Shown piece after piece: positions 62,640 to 64,000 of a DNA stretch of 64,000 nucleotides. Below the pieces are notes generated by a model, which was not told the origin of the DNA, searched no databases, and saw only the letters and a list, made by a program, of their open reading frames with translations. Made by a program: the position numbers and the translations under genes. Within the stretch, counting starts at the first letter, position 1. Each line of letters begins with the position of its first letter. The stretch covers positions 16,060,001 to 16,124,000 of the forward strand of contig CM119371.1 of assembly GCA_051294905.1 (NCBI GenBank), in the 5' to 3' direction. This DNA is from Botryllus schlosseri (Eukaryota).

Positions 62640-64000
62640 ATACTACTAATATGTTATTATAGGTAAAAACATTGGCATGAGTGGCGCTTATCACAACTGA
62701 ATGCTTTTTGCGCCACGGACAGAAACAAGTTAAACAGAAAGTTCATTATATATAACTGAGATAGTTAGGCCTACACATATGCACATAAAAAGGTTTTACA
62801 ATATTCCTCGAGTCGATCTAACATATTCAACAACATATCGCAGTACTTGTGGATCAGTCAGTAGGGTTCGCATGTCGAAATTTACATTCTTCGACTCTGC
62901 ATGACGTCGTAAGCGTTCTCTTTGATAGCGGTATTTTCTACAATTCATGAGATAATGCTCTACGGTTTCCTCAATACCACATTCTTCGCACAGTTGCGAG
63001 TCGATGCATCCAATCTTGTTGAGATGGTGGTTTAGTCTGCAATGCGTCGTTCTTAACCGCAGCAAAATCGAATTTCCCAACCTTGTATCCACTTCCGATA
63101 GTCTGTCATGTACCGAGGGTCGCAGATCTTTGTACGCTCTCCCAGTATCTGTGGATTGATAAATGCGGTCCCACTCATCTTTGCAGCTCTTTAGCAAGTA
63201 CGACCGTACGTCGGCGAGTGGGATAGCATGATTCCGACGTATGTGTGTATTAGCAGCTCCCGTCCTAGCTAATTGATCTGCAGATTCATTACCGCGTATT
63301 CCGGAGTGTCCAGGCACCCATACAAACGATATGGTGATTTCTGCTGTTCGCAACTGATGGTTCAGCTCAATAATTTCATTCACCAGTGCCGTGTGATATA
63401 GTCCCGGATGTTTGATCGCGTCGAATGCACTCAAGGAATCGCTGAATATTGCAACTTTCGTAGTAACTTGACTTTGCCGTACCCATAGTAAGGCATGTTT
63501 GATCGCAATGAGTTCCACTGAAAAGATCGAGAGAATTCTTGGAAGCGGGCACGCAATACTTATATTTTGTGCAGGAACGTAAACCGAATATCCGCATCCC
63601 GTTTCTGTTTTAGACCCGTCTGTATAGATCTCAGTGCGTTCTTCATAGTTGGCAGATATGTGATCCTTGAAGAGTACTATGACAGTTTCTGGAGATGTTT
63701 CTTTACTAATTGAGAGTGATAGTGAGGAATCTACATTGGGAAGTGACGTTGCCCATGGTGGTGTCGATAGTATCACGTTTCCTGCAATATTCTCACAAGC
63801 CAAGGCGTTGTCATGAGTAAAGGTACGAAAAGTTGAGAATCGCTCATTAATAAAAGCATACATATCCTCCCACGACTCTTGCAACACCGAATAAGAAGGG
63901 TTGTCCGTCTGGGTGGTCAATTGATATCGATATTTGGAACATGCGTACCAGTGCCTCATGTGAAGAGGCATTTCATTGCTTTCAACTTCAAGTACACAGA
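62640..64000 (-). mobile_element. 3' end of an RNase H-containing non-LTR retrotransposon (I group, Nimb-like), running off the window
   Basis: ORF2 C-terminus plus 3' UTR with a TGGCGC..GCGCCA stem at 62682-62715. The left boundary is approximate. Confidence 0.85.
62796..64000 (-). CDS. LINE ORF2 C-terminal part: RNase H domain and Cys/His motif (5'-partial)
   Basis: IYTDGSK..ELIAI..IFSDSLSA..WVPGHSGIRGNESADQLA, then LRTTHCRLNHHL..CEECGIEETVEHYLMNC. Confidence 0.9.
   Translation of the reverse strand, partial: CVLEVESNEMPLHMRHWYACSKYRYQLTTQTDNPSYSVLQESWEDMYAFINERFSTFRTFTHDNALACENIAGNVILSTPPWATSLPNVDSSLSLSISKETSPETVIVLFKDHISANYEERTEIYTDGSKTETGCGYSVYVPAQNISIACPLPRILSIFSVELIAIKHALLWVRQSQVTTKVAIFSDSLSAFDAIKHPGLYHTALVNEIIELNHQLRTAEITISFVWVPGHSGIRGNESADQLARTGAANTHIRRNHAIPLADVRSYLLKSCKDEWDRIYQSTDTGRAYKDLRPSVHDRLSEVDTRLGNSILLRLRTTHCRLNHHLNKIGCIDSQLCEECGIEETVEHYLMNCRKYRYQRERLRRHAESKNVNFDMRTLLTDPQVLRYVVEYVRSTRGIL

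Overview
AT-rich, intron-containing animal genomic DNA. The roughly 60-nt introns and the TE spectrum suggest a marine invertebrate such as a tunicate, but this is inference only. Transposons dominate: a near-intact Buster/Charlie-type hAT, many nested hAT-type MITEs with 8-bp TSDs, a palindromic hATm-like element built from two 3' ends, a Blackjack-like hAT relic, Chapaev-3-like relics, a decayed Ty3/Gypsy LTR element, an RNase H-bearing I-group LINE at the right edge, and tRNA-type SINEs. Two small spliced genes are not recovered intact by the ORF track. One is a three-exon secreted single-PLAT/LH2-domain protein (3350-4681), with two pseudogenised paralogous last exons at about 54.5 and 58.4 kb. 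The other is a two-exon, 53-aa secreted 4-Cys, Tyr-rich peptide precursor (35062-35283). The 29-60 kb region is a mosaic of local segmental duplications in which each copy was hit by different TEs. All assignments were made by eye from motifs; no database search was run.
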